Positions 1-10,310 are shown, numbered from the stretch's first letter. The stretch: DNA of 64,000 bases from an uncultured virus (IMG/VR IMGVR_UViG_2837005551_000004) (IMGVR_UViG_2837005551_000004); one strand, 5' to 3'. The notes: generated by a model not told the origin, from the letters alone. Numbers and translations: made by a program.

Positions 1-202
1 TTATCCAGCCATAAACAGGGTTAATTCATTGCGCAGCTTCTTGCGCGCGATGTTGTGTCCCTCGAAAATCTCCAGCAGGTCACAAGGCGTTAAATGCAGC
101 TGCTCATTGAGCAAATACATTATGTCACCTTTTTTATTGCTCTGTCGTTTGCCGTGCTGCAAATATCTTGCCGAGCATGGCGTAATACTTGTTTGGTGTC
201 AT
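1..202 (-). CDS. Thymidylate synthase-like protein, N-terminal part (partial, one apparent indel)
   Basis: Manual translation MTPNKYYAMLGKI/LQHGKRQSNKKGDIMYLLNEQLHLTP...ARKKLRNELTLFM resembles a TS N-terminus; needs one base removed near 165. Confidence 0.55.
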
Positions 203-249
203 TCAATGCGAATATAGTCCATTTCTGTGAGTTCTGTGGCATATCTTCG

Positions 250-494
250 GCCGTTCGTAGTGAAACGCTTTTGCAGTCGCCCCAGACGCTTCACTATGTC
301 ATAAATATTGCGCTCGCTGACGTTGTAACGCTCGGCAAGATTGCGACAATATAACTGACCTTTTCGCCTCGTTTCCGCGCATTCTGGTAGTCCTCAAACA
401 GTCTTACATATTTGTGATCGCTCGGCTTTGCTCCGGCGTCCTCCAGCTTTTCAATTACTCCACCGCATAATTTTAATGCTTCGTACACTGTCAT
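250..494 (-). CDS. Small HTH (Mor-like) DNA-binding protein, frameshifted near 338
   Basis: GEKVSYIVAIL continues in another frame as AERYNVSERNIYDIVKR (HTH pattern); 3' end approximate. Confidence 0.55.
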
Positions 495-520
495 TCAGCA
501 TTTTTTTCGTAATTTTGCAA

Positions 521-643
521 CTCCTACCACATATCAGCAGAAGCACCGAAGCACGAGTCAAAGGCTTTTAGCCCCGGCTTATGTGCTTCGGTGCATTGTG
601 TTTGTATGTGGTAGGATACTGCAAACTAAGCCGGGGCTTTTTC
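521..643 (+). ncRNA. Putative structured ncRNA with pseudoknot (architecture recalls Bacteroides-1-type motifs)
   Basis: TAATTTTG at 510-517; stems 522-533/605-616 and 543-554/583-594; loop 570-581 complementary to 627-638, then T-tract. Confidence 0.55.
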
Positions 644-666
644 TATGCCTCCGCTTTGTAGGCGAG

Positions 667-1491
667 TCAGAGTCGCGTTATCATCATATCGTTAAATTTA
701 GCTTGATAGTTCAGCGTGTTTGTGCGCTGGCGTATTTTCGCGCCCCACATTGGTGCCGCTTCCCGTACTCATCAGCGAGCCACTGGCAGAGCTCGACAAT
801 CTGCGACTTGTCGCTTGTGAAATAAACGTATTTCGTACCTTTAAGCAGCCGCAACACGTTCAGATAGTCGGTCAGCTTCCAATAATTCTCATACATTCCG
901 CACTCTGTCGTAAGATACGGCGGGTCCATGAGGAACAACACACGTGGATTGTCACGGTGCAGGTCAAACAGATCCTGGTAATCAAGATGCACGACTTCCA
1001 GTCCGTCCAGATAGCCGTCGGTGCGGTAGTCACCGCTGTGGACGCGGTTATACATCGTGTGTCTGCGCAGTTCGTCCAGGCTCTTGGCCCACTTGCCGGA
1101 GAAAAGCACGGAGCGACCTATTGTAAGAATATCGGCATAGCCATTTTGTTTCTCATAGTCGTGCACTATATCCAGGACGTCGGCGCACTGCCGGTCTGAG
1201 AGGCGCTTGTTGGGTTCAACACCAGTTAAACACTCTTTAATTGCCCTTAAAATTCCATTGGTCTGCTCCACGGCCGCCAGTCTGTCGACATAGCGGTCGA
1301 AGTCGTTGTACACCACCCGGCACCGGGAGCACCCTTTTTGCCGTGTGCGACAGCAGCCCGGAACCGCCGAAAAGGTCCACCACCGTATCAATCTCACCTA
1401 CTGCCTGCTCCAGCACCTCGATAAAGGTCCGGAGGAAATAGCGCTTCTGCCCCATGAAGGGAAGCGGCGCGCATTTGTAGATCCTATCCAT
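667..1491 (-). CDS. DNA adenine methyltransferase (Dam/D12-like), split by indels
   Basis: PLPFMGQKR, VDLFGGSG and DPPY motifs spread over ORFs 1237-1491 and 711-1397. Confidence 0.85.
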
Positions 1492-1521
1492 TTACAAAAT
1501 CTGTTTGACCATATTAAGTTT

Positions 1522-2063
1522 TCATACAGTGAAACATGGCCTATCAGGATAGCGGTCTTGAAATCGTACGCCTCTATATCCTCCTTGGACCGGAGCCCCC
1601 TTATCGCTGCTGCATGCTCACGTGTGGCATTGTTGCAGTCTACAGTATAGATCTCAATCTGTCTCAGGATTCCTACAGCCTCTGTAATCGGCATGATAAA
1701 ACGATGATCGCCGAGCCATATGCTCGTCTCTGTCCTGCCGCTTGCCTGCTCCACCGATATGGAGTTCATCAGCCCCACACGCGTAGCCTTGTCAAGCCAT
1801 CCGGAGACACCTCCGATGCTGATCGTGTTTACAGCCGAAGAGCGGTCGTACTCCTCCAGCTCTTGGAGTTTGATAATCCTGAGTTCTTCGATAGACGGCT
1901 CATACATCCTGAGGACAGGGATCCCTGTCTCATCCTCCAAAATTAACAGCCCTCCATCCTGCCCTTCCAACAATTCTTTGTAATACTCCATGGAGATCTC
2001 TACACCTCCATCAACCGGTTTGCTATAGAAGCCATCCCTCCAATACATATTGTCGCCTTCCAT
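1522..2063 (-). CDS. DUF4376-like tail fibre assembly protein (indel near 1553)
   Basis: YDRSSAVN...GWLDKATRVGL...IEAYDFKT(GYP); follows tail fibre. Confidence 0.7.
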
Positions 2064-2083
2064 TTTTTGTAATATGTCTGTTA

Positions 2084-3664
2084 TTAACCTTTGCCGACAG
2101 CTATCCAAAAGAACCTTTCCTTGTTTTTTTGGTTGGCTGACACTTTAAAACTGCCTGCTGATTTGTTGCATATGGTTCTGCCGACATAATATGTCTGATA
2201 TGAACTGTCAGCAGTGGTCAGTATTGAATAAGAGGTGTCGACAAATGAGTGTGGGAAATATATGGTCTGTACACCATAGGTATCCTGATTATCAGACGGG
2301 TGCCCCCACTGTATTAAAAATCCGTCATGAAATCTGTAATAGCCGTTTTCAACAAGCCGTTTTGATAGAGCCTCGTGTTTATGGCTGTTTATCACTCCCG
2401 TCAGGACCGCCTCAATTGCCGCCTTTGTCACTGTGGCGTCACTACCTTTGGGCGCCCTTATATTAACAGCCGCGGGGTTTGTGAGCCCGCCGTTGTTGCT
2501 CCATGTCAGATTGCCGGACGAGTCCACCACAGGTGTGAACACAGCCCCCTTGTCTCCTTTATCCCCTTGTCTCCTTTGAGGTCCTGGAGCTGGGATGAGA
2601 GCAGATAGTCCCCCTTAGGCTGATAGACAGAATCATGGTTGTGGCTGCCTCCTGCCTTTGCTGTTCATGCAGACTTCTCGGCATCCGTCACAAACCTGTG
2701 TGACGCGTCCCGGTCACCTGTGCCGCCGTATGCGTGTGCGTTGCCGGCGCGTAATTACCTTTAGGCTGATAGGTGGAGTCATGGTTGTGGCTGCCACCTG
2801 CCTTGCTGTTCCATGCAGACTTCTCGGCATCCGTCACAAACCTGTGTGACGCGTCCTCATTCACCTGTGCCGCCGTATGCGTGTGCGTTGCCGGCGCGTA
2901 ATTACCTTTAGGCTGGTAGGTGGAGTCATGGTTATGTCCAGATGGCGATGCTCCTACCTGTGTGGCAGTCACCTGATGCGGATTGTCCCTGCTGCTGATA
3001 TGTGAGATTAGCGATGACACCGCCTTCATGAGTTTACCGAAAGCAGATGACAGCTTCTCTCCGCTTGACAGGTCTGTCAGAGACGGTGCCATCGTGTAGG
3101 TGGGGGTCTGGTCATTTGTCGCAACATTCGGGACATTGCCGAGCCCGACTTGCGATTTGTTGACACGGTGTGGATTATCGGTGTCCGAGACATGCATACG
3201 TATACCCAGCTCCAAAGTGTCTGCCCTTCCATCGAGCGAGTCAATGCTCATCTGCTGGTCCCTGTCCGTATCATGCAGTGCTGAGATCTCTTTGTCCTGT
3301 GACGAGTCCTTCGTATGGATGACCTCAACTTCGGCATTCAGTGAATCAATCTCCGTTTGTTGCCTCTCATTCTCGGTCTCCAGATCCTCGATACACCCGG
3401 ATATATTGTCAAAACGCTCATCCGATGTCTTCTTGTGCGTCTCATAATCTCCCTTTAGTTCAATGTGTTGCCGTTCCAGCTCATGCCCTTCCGAAGCGAC
3501 ATACTTGCTGTTGAGCTGCTCCGCTAGCCCCTCCACCTGTATTACGGGGATAATGCTTTCCTCCTTGTGCACGTAGCTATCGAGCCAGTCGGCGAACTGC
3601 TCCTCCGTCGGGTACTTCCACGACGGAACCACGCTTTTAGCTGTGCTATTGTCCTTATTGCCAT
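2084..3664 (-). CDS. Tail fibre protein with internal repeats and gp53-like tip (several indels)
   Basis: Start MAIRTIAQLKAWFRR/KYPTEEQFADWLDS; NPHRVNKSQVGLGNV, HNHD repeats, KGDKG collagen-like stretch, GYYRFHDGFLIQWG...FWIAVG. Confidence 0.8.
2617..2934. repeat. Tandem ~147-bp (49-codon) repeat in tail fibre, just over 2 copies
   Basis: Near-identical units starting TCATGGTTGTGGCTGCC at 2633 and 2779. Confidence 0.9.
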
Positions 3665-3686
3665 AATCTCGGGTATTTATTTATGT

Positions 3687-4643
3687 CTACTTAACGCGCA
3701 TTATGTATGCCAGCACATAATATGGGGGGCGGTTCTCGTGAGCTTCACCCTTGCCATAGTCCAGTGTGTTTATCCCATGAGGTGAACACTCGAATATTGT
3801 TGTGGCATTAGGCCAGGAATTGCTGCCGTGCCCTTTCCAGTCTCCGCTTCCCCCTTTCCACAGCATCTCCTCATGGCTGTGACGGGGTATTGTCTCCTCC
3901 GTGAGCGTCACTTTCTTCAGTCCGCCGCCGGTCCCGGGGCTCTCATAGTCCCGGTCACTGTCATGGAGACCGACAACGAAACGTCCCCTCAGGTCAGGTA
4001 CCCTGAAATAACCATCCTGGGTCGTGTACCTTACGCCGTTCGCGTTTACCGCAGTGTTGAATGTCGAGCCAATGGCATTGAACAGCTCCGGATGATCGGA
4101 CTTCCTTAATGGCTGTCCGTCACATAGCACATAGCCTTGTGGCACCCGGGAACCGGCCCACATCTGGACTATCCCCAACGGTGCCGGCTGAACGGTCGCC
4201 AGCTCATTGCGGAGCGACCGGTTCTCGTCCATCAGTCCCTTTATGCTCTTAATGTCTGTGAAGCTCTCCCAGGTGTAGTTTTCCTCTCCTATGCCGGGCG
4301 CAAGACTCCGGCGCGTGTAGGCTTTCGGGTAGTCCGTATTATTGGCACTTACCGGGATTGCTTCTTGTTTCACATACATGCCGCTTGTGGTCGGTCCGCC
4401 ATCCCAGGGCAGAACCTCACCCTCCGGCGCGTTCTTGGTCCTTACGAATACATAGCCAGCCCCCCTGCGGGTCCCCTCGCTGTTGGGCTCGCAACCCCAG
4501 AGAACCACACGGTCGCCTCCTATGTTGCCGGCAATGGCTGCAAGTGCCACCAGTTTTTGCAGATAGTCCAGCGTCTCGCAGTCCAGAGGAAAATCTTTGT
4601 TTGCCTGTGTCAGAAAATTACCTAATATTTTGTCCATTGTCAT
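3687..4643 (-). CDS. Tail collar-domain fibre protein
   Basis: PLGIVQMWAG...PQGYVLCDG...FRVPDLRGRFVVG...HENRPPYYVLAYIMR. Confidence 0.85.
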   Translation of the reverse strand: MTMDKILGNFLTQANKDFPLDCETLDYLQKLVALAAIAGNIGGDRVVLWGCEPNSEGTRRGAGYVFVRTKNAPEGEVLPWDGGPTTSGMYVKQEAIPVSANNTDYPKAYTRRSLAPGIGEENYTWESFTDIKSIKGLMDENRSLRNELATVQPAPLGIVQMWAGSRVPQGYVLCDGQPLRKSDHPELFNAIGSTFNTAVNANGVRYTTQDGYFRVPDLRGRFVVGLHDSDRDYESPGTGGGLKKVTLTEETIPRHSHEEMLWKGGSGDWKGHGSNSWPNATTIFECSPHGINTLDYGKGEAHENRPPYYVLAYIMRVK

Positions 4644-5149
4644 TTATGGTTTATAGCGTAGCGTTTGCCCGCCAGTTTATACATGTTCAATATTGCCCGT
4701 AGTCTCGTTTCCGTCTCGGCCGTCCACAGTTCCTCCGGCACCGTCACCCAGAAGTCATAACCGCTCGTGCCGTTGAATCCCTCCCGGTGTATGCTCACCG
4801 CGCCCGCGCCTCGCCGCGGCACCATCACCCACCGGTCCATATCGCGAAGCCATACCGCCGCAGCTTCCCGGTTTCCGACACTGTCGCTGTCCTCTATCTC
4901 TATGCGGCGCAGTCCCGGGTCAAACTCATCATTAAGTGCCCCGCACAGCTTGCACACCTGCCCGTTATGTCTCAGCCGGTAACTTGTTGCGCTCCTGTAT
5001 GCGCGCAGCTCCTGGAGCAAACGCCCCAGCGGGCTGACCCCGGCATATATCAGAGCCCCGGAAAGCGGGCGCCGTAGCCACGTCGGCAATGTCAGCAGCG
5101 CCAGCCGCTTGATATTTACATTATAGGTTCTGTCAGCCTTGTTCGTCAT
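4640..5149 (-). CDS. Baseplate wedge protein (gp48/P2 I-like position)
   Basis: HNGQVC.L..ALND.FD, YKLAGKRY; lies between J-like gene and fibre. Confidence 0.6.
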   Translation of the reverse strand: MTNKADRTYNVNIKRLALLTLPTWLRRPLSGALIYAGVSPLGRLLQELRAYRSATSYRLRHNGQVCKLCGALNDEFDPGLRRIEIEDSDSVGNREAAAVWLRDMDRWVMVPRRGAGAVSIHREGFNGTSGYDFWVTVPEELWTAETETRLRAILNMYKLAGKRYAINHK

Positions 5150-5979
5150 ACGCTTTCATGTTTACAGTTATCGCCCCTGGTCTGAAATAGCCCGCTGCGG
5201 GGGTCAGACGCGCGTTAATCTGTGTCGTTGTACTCTCGTTTACGGCCTGCGCGGTGCTACCCGCAACTCCACTATTTTCACCCCTCTACCTCTTGCAGGC
5301 GGTCAACGAGGGCCATATTCGTATATTCGCCGTTAAAAGGCAAATTCTCAATATAATCGCAGATCACATCACGGCATGCGGTTTGAACAACGGCAGGATC
5401 CAGCATAGCATTGTAGTAGATATCCACAGTACAGTCGAATGTATCCGCCTCCATATTCACAAGTGCGGTGCGCACGCCGGCATCCTTAATCTCGTTTATA
5501 TAGGCTTTCAGCTGCTTTTCCTGTTCCGCTGTTATCGGTTTGCGCACTCCGCCACTCTCTCCGGCTACTTTTATTGTCAGCAGACTGGCATCCTTGCTCT
5601 CCATAGCGACCGCATGTTTTACGACACACGCCGCCGCTATATCCCCCTCAGTCATTCCGGTAGTGTCGTATGTGTCGCTGTCCTGTTCAAGCTCGTGGCC
5701 TGCCATGAAGCGGAGCACCTTATCGCGGTACCATTTCGGGCGGTGGGCTATAAGTTCCTCCAGTTCCGCCGTTACCTCCGCTTTGTGCCTGCTTACAAGC
5801 TGCTCGACGCTCCAGGCACAGACCGCCCAGACATAAAGCAAAATATTTTCAACACTTGCCGCACCGAATATGTCGCCGAACTCTGAGCCCGGGGTAAACC
5901 CGTACAGTTCCGCCGCAGACTCATTGCGCATAAACTCGCGTGCGATCTCTGTTTTAATTTCGTTAATATTGCGTGCCAT
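5133..5979 (-). CDS. Baseplate J-like protein (indels near 5200-5300)
   Basis: ORF 5278-5991 plus out-of-frame tail INARLTPAAGYF...MKAYDEQG; NLPFNGEY motif. Confidence 0.7.
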
Positions 5980-6001
5980 TTTACTACTCATTTAATAGCT
6001 G

Positions 6002-6038
6002 TTTAATCGATTTTTAATCGCTCTGCCTAAGCAGAGAA
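6002..6038. repeat. Intergenic 37-bp repeat copy 1 with CTCTGC-CTAA-GCAGAG hairpin
   Basis: Near-identical to 10197-10233. Confidence 0.85.
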
Positions 6039-6045
6039 ATGCTGT

Positions 6046-6345
6046 TTAACTCACGATAAAATCTATTTCAATGCCCATAAAGCCAATACCGCCGTAAGGG
6101 CAAGCCGCCATATCTTCCGGGCTTATTTCGGTTGCCGGCTCCACCTTGTGCGCCTTGTAAAGTTCAACGGTTCGGGTGTCTCCACCCTCCACCGGTACCG
6201 GAACTATCAGCACACTCCCATCCTCCAGCCGGTCGGTTATGCTCATACCGTTAGCCTCTGCCAGTGCGAGCACCGTTTCAATGTGTCCGCCCGTTTGCAG
6301 GGCAATATCAAGCAGTGTTTGCCTCTCTTTCGCTGTCGTTCTCAT
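6046..6345 (-). CDS. LysM-like baseplate protein, copy A
   Basis: QTLLDIALQ..G..E....LA..N.MSITD.L; ends GIGFMGIEIDFIVS. Confidence 0.7.
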   Translation of the reverse strand: MRTTAKERQTLLDIALQTGGHIETVLALAEANGMSITDRLEDGSVLIVPVPVEGGDTRTVELYKAHKVEPATEISPEDMAACPYGGIGFMGIEIDFIVS

Positions 6346-6623
6346 CGTTCTATGCTGATAGTTCCGTCAGTCTCCATTACTACACGCTCACAATCGACCC
6401 CGCAACCGCGTAACATCTGGCGAACCTCACCGGGCCACATTACATCGGGCTGACCGGCGCGAAGTCTGCCGGCTTCACCGCCTAAAAGGGGGTGCTCCTT
6501 AATGTCTCCGCGCATGGTGGTGACAACCGCCTCGGCGGTTTGCCCCTCGGTGTCTCCAATCGCTATGCGGCCGTGTTCGGTCAGCAGGTCGCCGGTGATA
6601 CTGTCAATTAACATGCCTTTCAT
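6342..6623 (-). CDS. gp25/gp46-like baseplate protein, copy A
   Basis: GDIKEHPLLG motif. Confidence 0.65.
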   Translation of the reverse strand: MKGMLIDSITGDLLTEHGRIAIGDTEGQTAEAVVTTMRGDIKEHPLLGGEAGRLRAGQPDVMWPGEVRQMLRGCGVDCERVVMETDGTISIER

Positions 6624-6631
6624 CGCTGTTG

Positions 6632-7267
6632 TTATTTTTTCGGTTGCTCATAATCGGTGCTGAATATCTCGTAATCTTCATCGCTGACCGCGCTGATTTC
6701 AACTACCTGATAATTGGCTTCTGTCATTTGGCTGAGGGAATAACTTCTAATCACAAGCCGCCCGATATTCAAAGCGTCTAAAAATTCGCTGTGAACTCTC
6801 AGAGCCTCATTTGCTTCCAACAGCTTGCGAACTTCCCGCACCTCATTGGTCGGCCATTTATCGGCTATCTCTCCACCCTCGACACATTGCAAGCCCAGCA
6901 CGATATTAACCGCCCAATCGCCGGCGTTTATATACTCTTTCACCGTGCCGTCTCTACCGGTCAGAGCCGTGCTTATAATCCTATGTTCTCGGCTGGCTGC
7001 TGCCACTGCATCGGCAAATGTCAGCCCCACGCCGTTTTCTCGCTCCAGTCTGAGGGGGCAGAGTACCCAGCGCCCCTCCCAATATTCCGGGTCGGTGATA
7101 GGCTGCCCAATCTCGTGCACGGTTATGCCGTCACGCTCAGGACTTCCGCCCAGTTCCTTGAAGCGTATAAGTTTTTTAGCCATGTGCTGCCCCCAGCTCA
7201 TAGCTGCAAGATCTATGCTGACAGGTAATTTTTTACCTCCTAAGCTCGGTTGTGGAATTAGGCTCAT
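6632..7267 (-). CDS. Tail tube initiator-like protein (DUF6046-like)
   Basis: TALTGRDGTVKEYI..GDW.V, AVSDEDY; follows tape measure. Confidence 0.65.
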   Translation of the reverse strand: MSLIPQPSLGGKKLPVSIDLAAMSWGQHMAKKLIRFKELGGSPERDGITVHEIGQPITDPEYWEGRWVLCPLRLERENGVGLTFADAVAAASREHRIISTALTGRDGTVKEYINAGDWAVNIVLGLQCVEGGEIADKWPTNEVREVRKLLEANEALRVHSEFLDALNIGRLVIRSYSLSQMTEANYQVVEISAVSDEDYEIFSTDYEQPKK

Positions 7268-9432
7268 GACATTGCTAATTGTGTGTCGTTTAGCGCTCCC
7301 ATAAGGGTCTCCAAAATAACAGCCTTGACCTTTTCGGTACTTTCGCCGACGGTCGCGGTGTGTATCTCGAAGCGCTCGACAAGTTTGTCAATATTTACAG
7401 TTATGTTTCTTATTTTTCCGCCTCCGTCACTGCCGGATCCTTTGCCGCCTGTTCCACTCGCACCGCTCAGAGTGTTGCCGGTGGGGTTGACTTCCGGAAC
7501 AGTCACCCCCGGAACCGTCGCACCGCTTCCGTTGGTTGTTGGCTTGTTTCCTTTGGGACTCTTTTTGCCCTCTTTTTGGGCGGACTCTGCCATTTCGGCA
7601 TTGTAAGCCTCATTAAACGCCTGACCCACCTGTTTGCCGTAGTCACTGAAACCGGCTTTTAACTTTTTCAGGGCTGCATCTATTCCGGAGGGGGATAAAT
7701 TGAACGCTGCTTTTATCAGGTCGCCGATTGCTCCAAAAGTGTTTTTAGCAAGTTCGCCGATACCGGTAAAACAAGCCTTGAACGCCGCCCATGTCCCTTT
7801 GAGCACTGCCCGGAATTTAGCCGACGTGTTCCAGAAGTAAGCACCTATCGCTATCAATGCAGCAATGGCCGCAGCTATCCAGCCAACAATCGGAATGCTC
7901 ATAATTGCGACCGAAACGGCGCGACAAGCTGCCGAGGCAGTAGTGGCAAAAGTTCCGAAAGCTGTTGAAGCAATGCCGGAGAATGTGGCGGACGCTGTGC
8001 CACTCGTCACAAGTGACAATATGAGTGCGCCCAGACCTTTCAGAGCGTTAAAAACTCCTACGGTGGCAAATCGAATTAACCCTATTGTTGCGCGTCCCAT
8101 ATTACCGATAAAGCCCAGTGATACCATGTTGGTAGTTGAGAGTGTGCCGTTCATCAGCGCGAAGTTAACGCCGGCTGCACGAACCCAACCCACAACACTG
8201 CTCCACATACTTGCCCATTTGAGATTTTTAATTAACAGCATTAGTCTCCAGCCTGCTGTAAGTAATGGGGCAAGTTGAGCAATCGGCACAAGTGCAGAAG
8301 TCAGGACACCGCACCATAACGAAAAATCGCCGGTGGCTTGGAATATGGTAATTTTGAAGTCCTCAAATTGTTGGTTTACTCGTGCCTGTCGCTCGGCATA
8401 GCTGTCCATGACAATAGCGGCCTGCTCGGTCGCGCTGTTGGTTCCAGTTACGGCGGTCGTGAAGTCTTGCAGGCTTTCGGTGCCTTGTATAAGGGCACGG
8501 GCGGCGTTGGCATTTTCCACACCAAAGAATTTTGACAACAGCGCGGAGTCGTTAAGCATCGGTTTCAGCATCTCGAGGCGCTCTTTAAGGCTCTTGGAGT
8601 TGTCGCCCAGAGCCACAACATCAATGCCGGCCTTTTCAAGCTCCTCCCGTGCCTGCTTCTCGACGAAGCGGCCTTTGCTGAGCTGGCCCAGAACGTTTCG
8701 CAATGCGACACCTCCCTCGCTGGCTTTTTTGCCCGCCTTGTCAAGTACCTGGATTGCGGCGTTTGTTTCCTCGAAGCTCACATTTGCAGCCTTGGCAGCC
8801 ATACCGCACTGCTGGAGCGCCGCGCTTATCGCCGGAAGTTCCGCCGATCCTGCCTGTCCGGCTGCCGCCATTACGTTCATCATGCGCGCCATTTCCCCGG
8901 CTGCCGCCGTCGGGTCCTCCATGCTCACCCCGTACTGGTTCATCGCCGTGGTAAGCACCTGAGCCGCCGCCACGCCGTCCCCGCCCATCAGCTTGCTGGT
9001 CGTCTGTATGCAGTCGCCCATCTCCCTGAGCGCGTCCGGGTATTTGCCCAGCTCCGGCGTCAGCTGCGAGAGCAGCAGTTTGTAACCCTCAACCGCCACG
9101 GCGGCGTCAGTGCCGAACGCCTTTGCGCTCTGCCGCGCGAATGTCTCGATCTGTTTCAGACCCTCGCCCGTAACGCCAGCAACAGCGCTTAAATCGTGCA
9201 TCTGGCTGTCCAGCTTTATGCCCGCACTGCTCAGACCGCCTATTGCCTCGCTTAGGTTCCGCGCCATGTCCGTAGCGTATGAGAACGTGGCAAGCGACGC
9301 AGCAAAACTGCGCCCGCGACTTTCGGCGACCTCCGCCCTTGCGGAAAATTCGCCGGCCGCTGCGCTCATGCCGCTTATCTGCGCCACAAAATTGCCGCCT
9401 ATCCTAAAAATGTAGTCAAATACGCTTGCCAT
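7264..9432 (-). CDS. Tail tape measure protein
   Basis: 722 aa Ala-rich, TP901-type core, hydrophobic C-terminal half; follows chaperone. Confidence 0.9.
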   Translation of the reverse strand: MASVFDYIFRIGGNFVAQISGMSAAAGEFSARAEVAESRGRSFAASLATFSYATDMARNLSEAIGGLSSAGIKLDSQMHDLSAVAGVTGEGLKQIETFARQSAKAFGTDAAVAVEGYKLLLSQLTPELGKYPDALREMGDCIQTTSKLMGGDGVAAAQVLTTAMNQYGVSMEDPTAAAGEMARMMNVMAAAGQAGSAELPAISAALQQCGMAAKAANVSFEETNAAIQVLDKAGKKASEGGVALRNVLGQLSKGRFVEKQAREELEKAGIDVVALGDNSKSLKERLEMLKPMLNDSALLSKFFGVENANAARALIQGTESLQDFTTAVTGTNSATEQAAIVMDSYAERQARVNQQFEDFKITIFQATGDFSLWCGVLTSALVPIAQLAPLLTAGWRLMLLIKNLKWASMWSSVVGWVRAAGVNFALMNGTLSTTNMVSLGFIGNMGRATIGLIRFATVGVFNALKGLGALILSLVTSGTASATFSGIASTAFGTFATTASAACRAVSVAIMSIPIVGWIAAAIAALIAIGAYFWNTSAKFRAVLKGTWAAFKACFTGIGELAKNTFGAIGDLIKAAFNLSPSGIDAALKKLKAGFSDYGKQVGQAFNEAYNAEMAESAQKEGKKSPKGNKPTTNGSGATVPGVTVPEVNPTGNTLSGASGTGGKGSGSDGGGKIRNITVNIDKLVERFEIHTATVGESTEKVKAVILETLMGALNDTQLAMS

Positions 9433-9481
9433 GTCGTTTTTATTCGCTATATTTGTAGCACCTTACCAAAGTAACAAGACC

Positions 9482-9628
9482 ATGTTTACCAAAATAATCA
9501 TATCAGTTTTGGCCCTGCTGTGGAAACTCTTCGTAGTCCTTGGCTTTATCGGCTTGTTCATCTGGCTGTGGCGCGGGTTTCGGAGCATGGTTAAGGGCGA
9601 CGGCCCTGGCTCGCTGCCCTGGCTTTAG
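9482..9628 (+). CDS. 48-aa membrane peptide (moron), antisense to tail operon
   Basis: MFTKIIISVLALLWKLFVVLGFIGLFIWLWRG...; own TATATTTG at 9448-9455. Confidence 0.65.
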   Translation: MFTKIIISVLALLWKLFVVLGFIGLFIWLWRGFRSMVKGDGPGSLPWL

Positions 9629-9843
9629 GGCTTCTCTCCGAACAATGACGCGATAAGTTCTGCCCGGTTCCGGTTCCTCCATCGCTCCAGCCATAGTGCC
9701 TCGCAGTAGAGCCGCGCCCATTCCTCCTCCGTCTCAATCTTTTCAATATCAATGTGCAGGTTAGCCCGGATCAGGGCGCACCCCTTGGCGAAGCCGTCCT
9801 CCTCGTCAGACTCCGCCAGTGTGTGCGCCTCTACAAGTTTTTT
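9625..9843 (-). CDS. Tail chaperone -1 frameshift extension (GT-like)
   Basis: A-AAA-AAC at 9843-9837; -1 frame open to TAA at 9627-9625 (LVEAHTL...EEWARLYCEALWLE...). Confidence 0.8.
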   Translation of the reverse strand, partial: KKLVEAHTLAESDEEDGFAKGCALIRANLHIDIEKIETEEEWARLYCEALWLERWRNRNRAELIASLFGEKP

Positions 9844-10169
9844 ATTAGACCCTGGAAGCCGTTGAGCACTTCACCCAACTTCTTTTGAACAGCCATGAAG
9901 AGCAGCGCATCGGTGCGCAGTTCCTTACTACCGCCCAGCCAGCAGTTGTCGAACATCACTTTACCGGCTTCCACTTCGTCGCTTTTTGCAACCTTGGTTA
10001 CAGCCTTGAGAGTCTCCAGAGTGGGACGCTTGAAATAGCCGATATGCACCTCGTCGCCGTCCTGAATTTCAACTGCGAAACTTTTGCGGTGCTGAGCCTT
10101 GAAAGCGTCAACCTGTGCTTCGGTCAAATCGCCGTTAAATACTTTAGGGGTGTTGTTAACCTTTTCCAT
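9831..10169 (-). CDS. Tail assembly chaperone (G-like)
   Basis: Between tube and tape measure; ends in slippery site. Confidence 0.8.
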   Translation of the reverse strand: MEKVNNTPKVFNGDLTEAQVDAFKAQHRKSFAVEIQDGDEVHIGYFKRPTLETLKAVTKVAKSDEVEAGKVMFDNCWLGGSKELRTDALLFMAVQKKLGEVLNGFQGLIKNL

Positions 10170-10196
10170 GCTTTTTAATCGGGGGTTAAATGGTTT

Positions 10197-10233
10197 TTTA
10201 ATCGATTTTAAATCGCTCTGCCTAAGCAGAGAA
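10197..10233. repeat. Intergenic 37-bp repeat copy 2
   Basis: Near-identical to 6002-6038. Confidence 0.85.
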
Positions 10234-10310
10234 TAACTGTTTAAGTTTGATTATTAGTGACCGTTAAGGGGGTCAGCCCTTAACGGCCTTAAAAGGGTGC
10301 GAAATGGGGA

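Noticed and set aside
2084..4643. Diversity-generating retroelement or invertible tail-fibre cassette
   Set aside because: No reverse transcriptase or invertase in the window; the repeats are tandem and lack adenine-specific mismatches.
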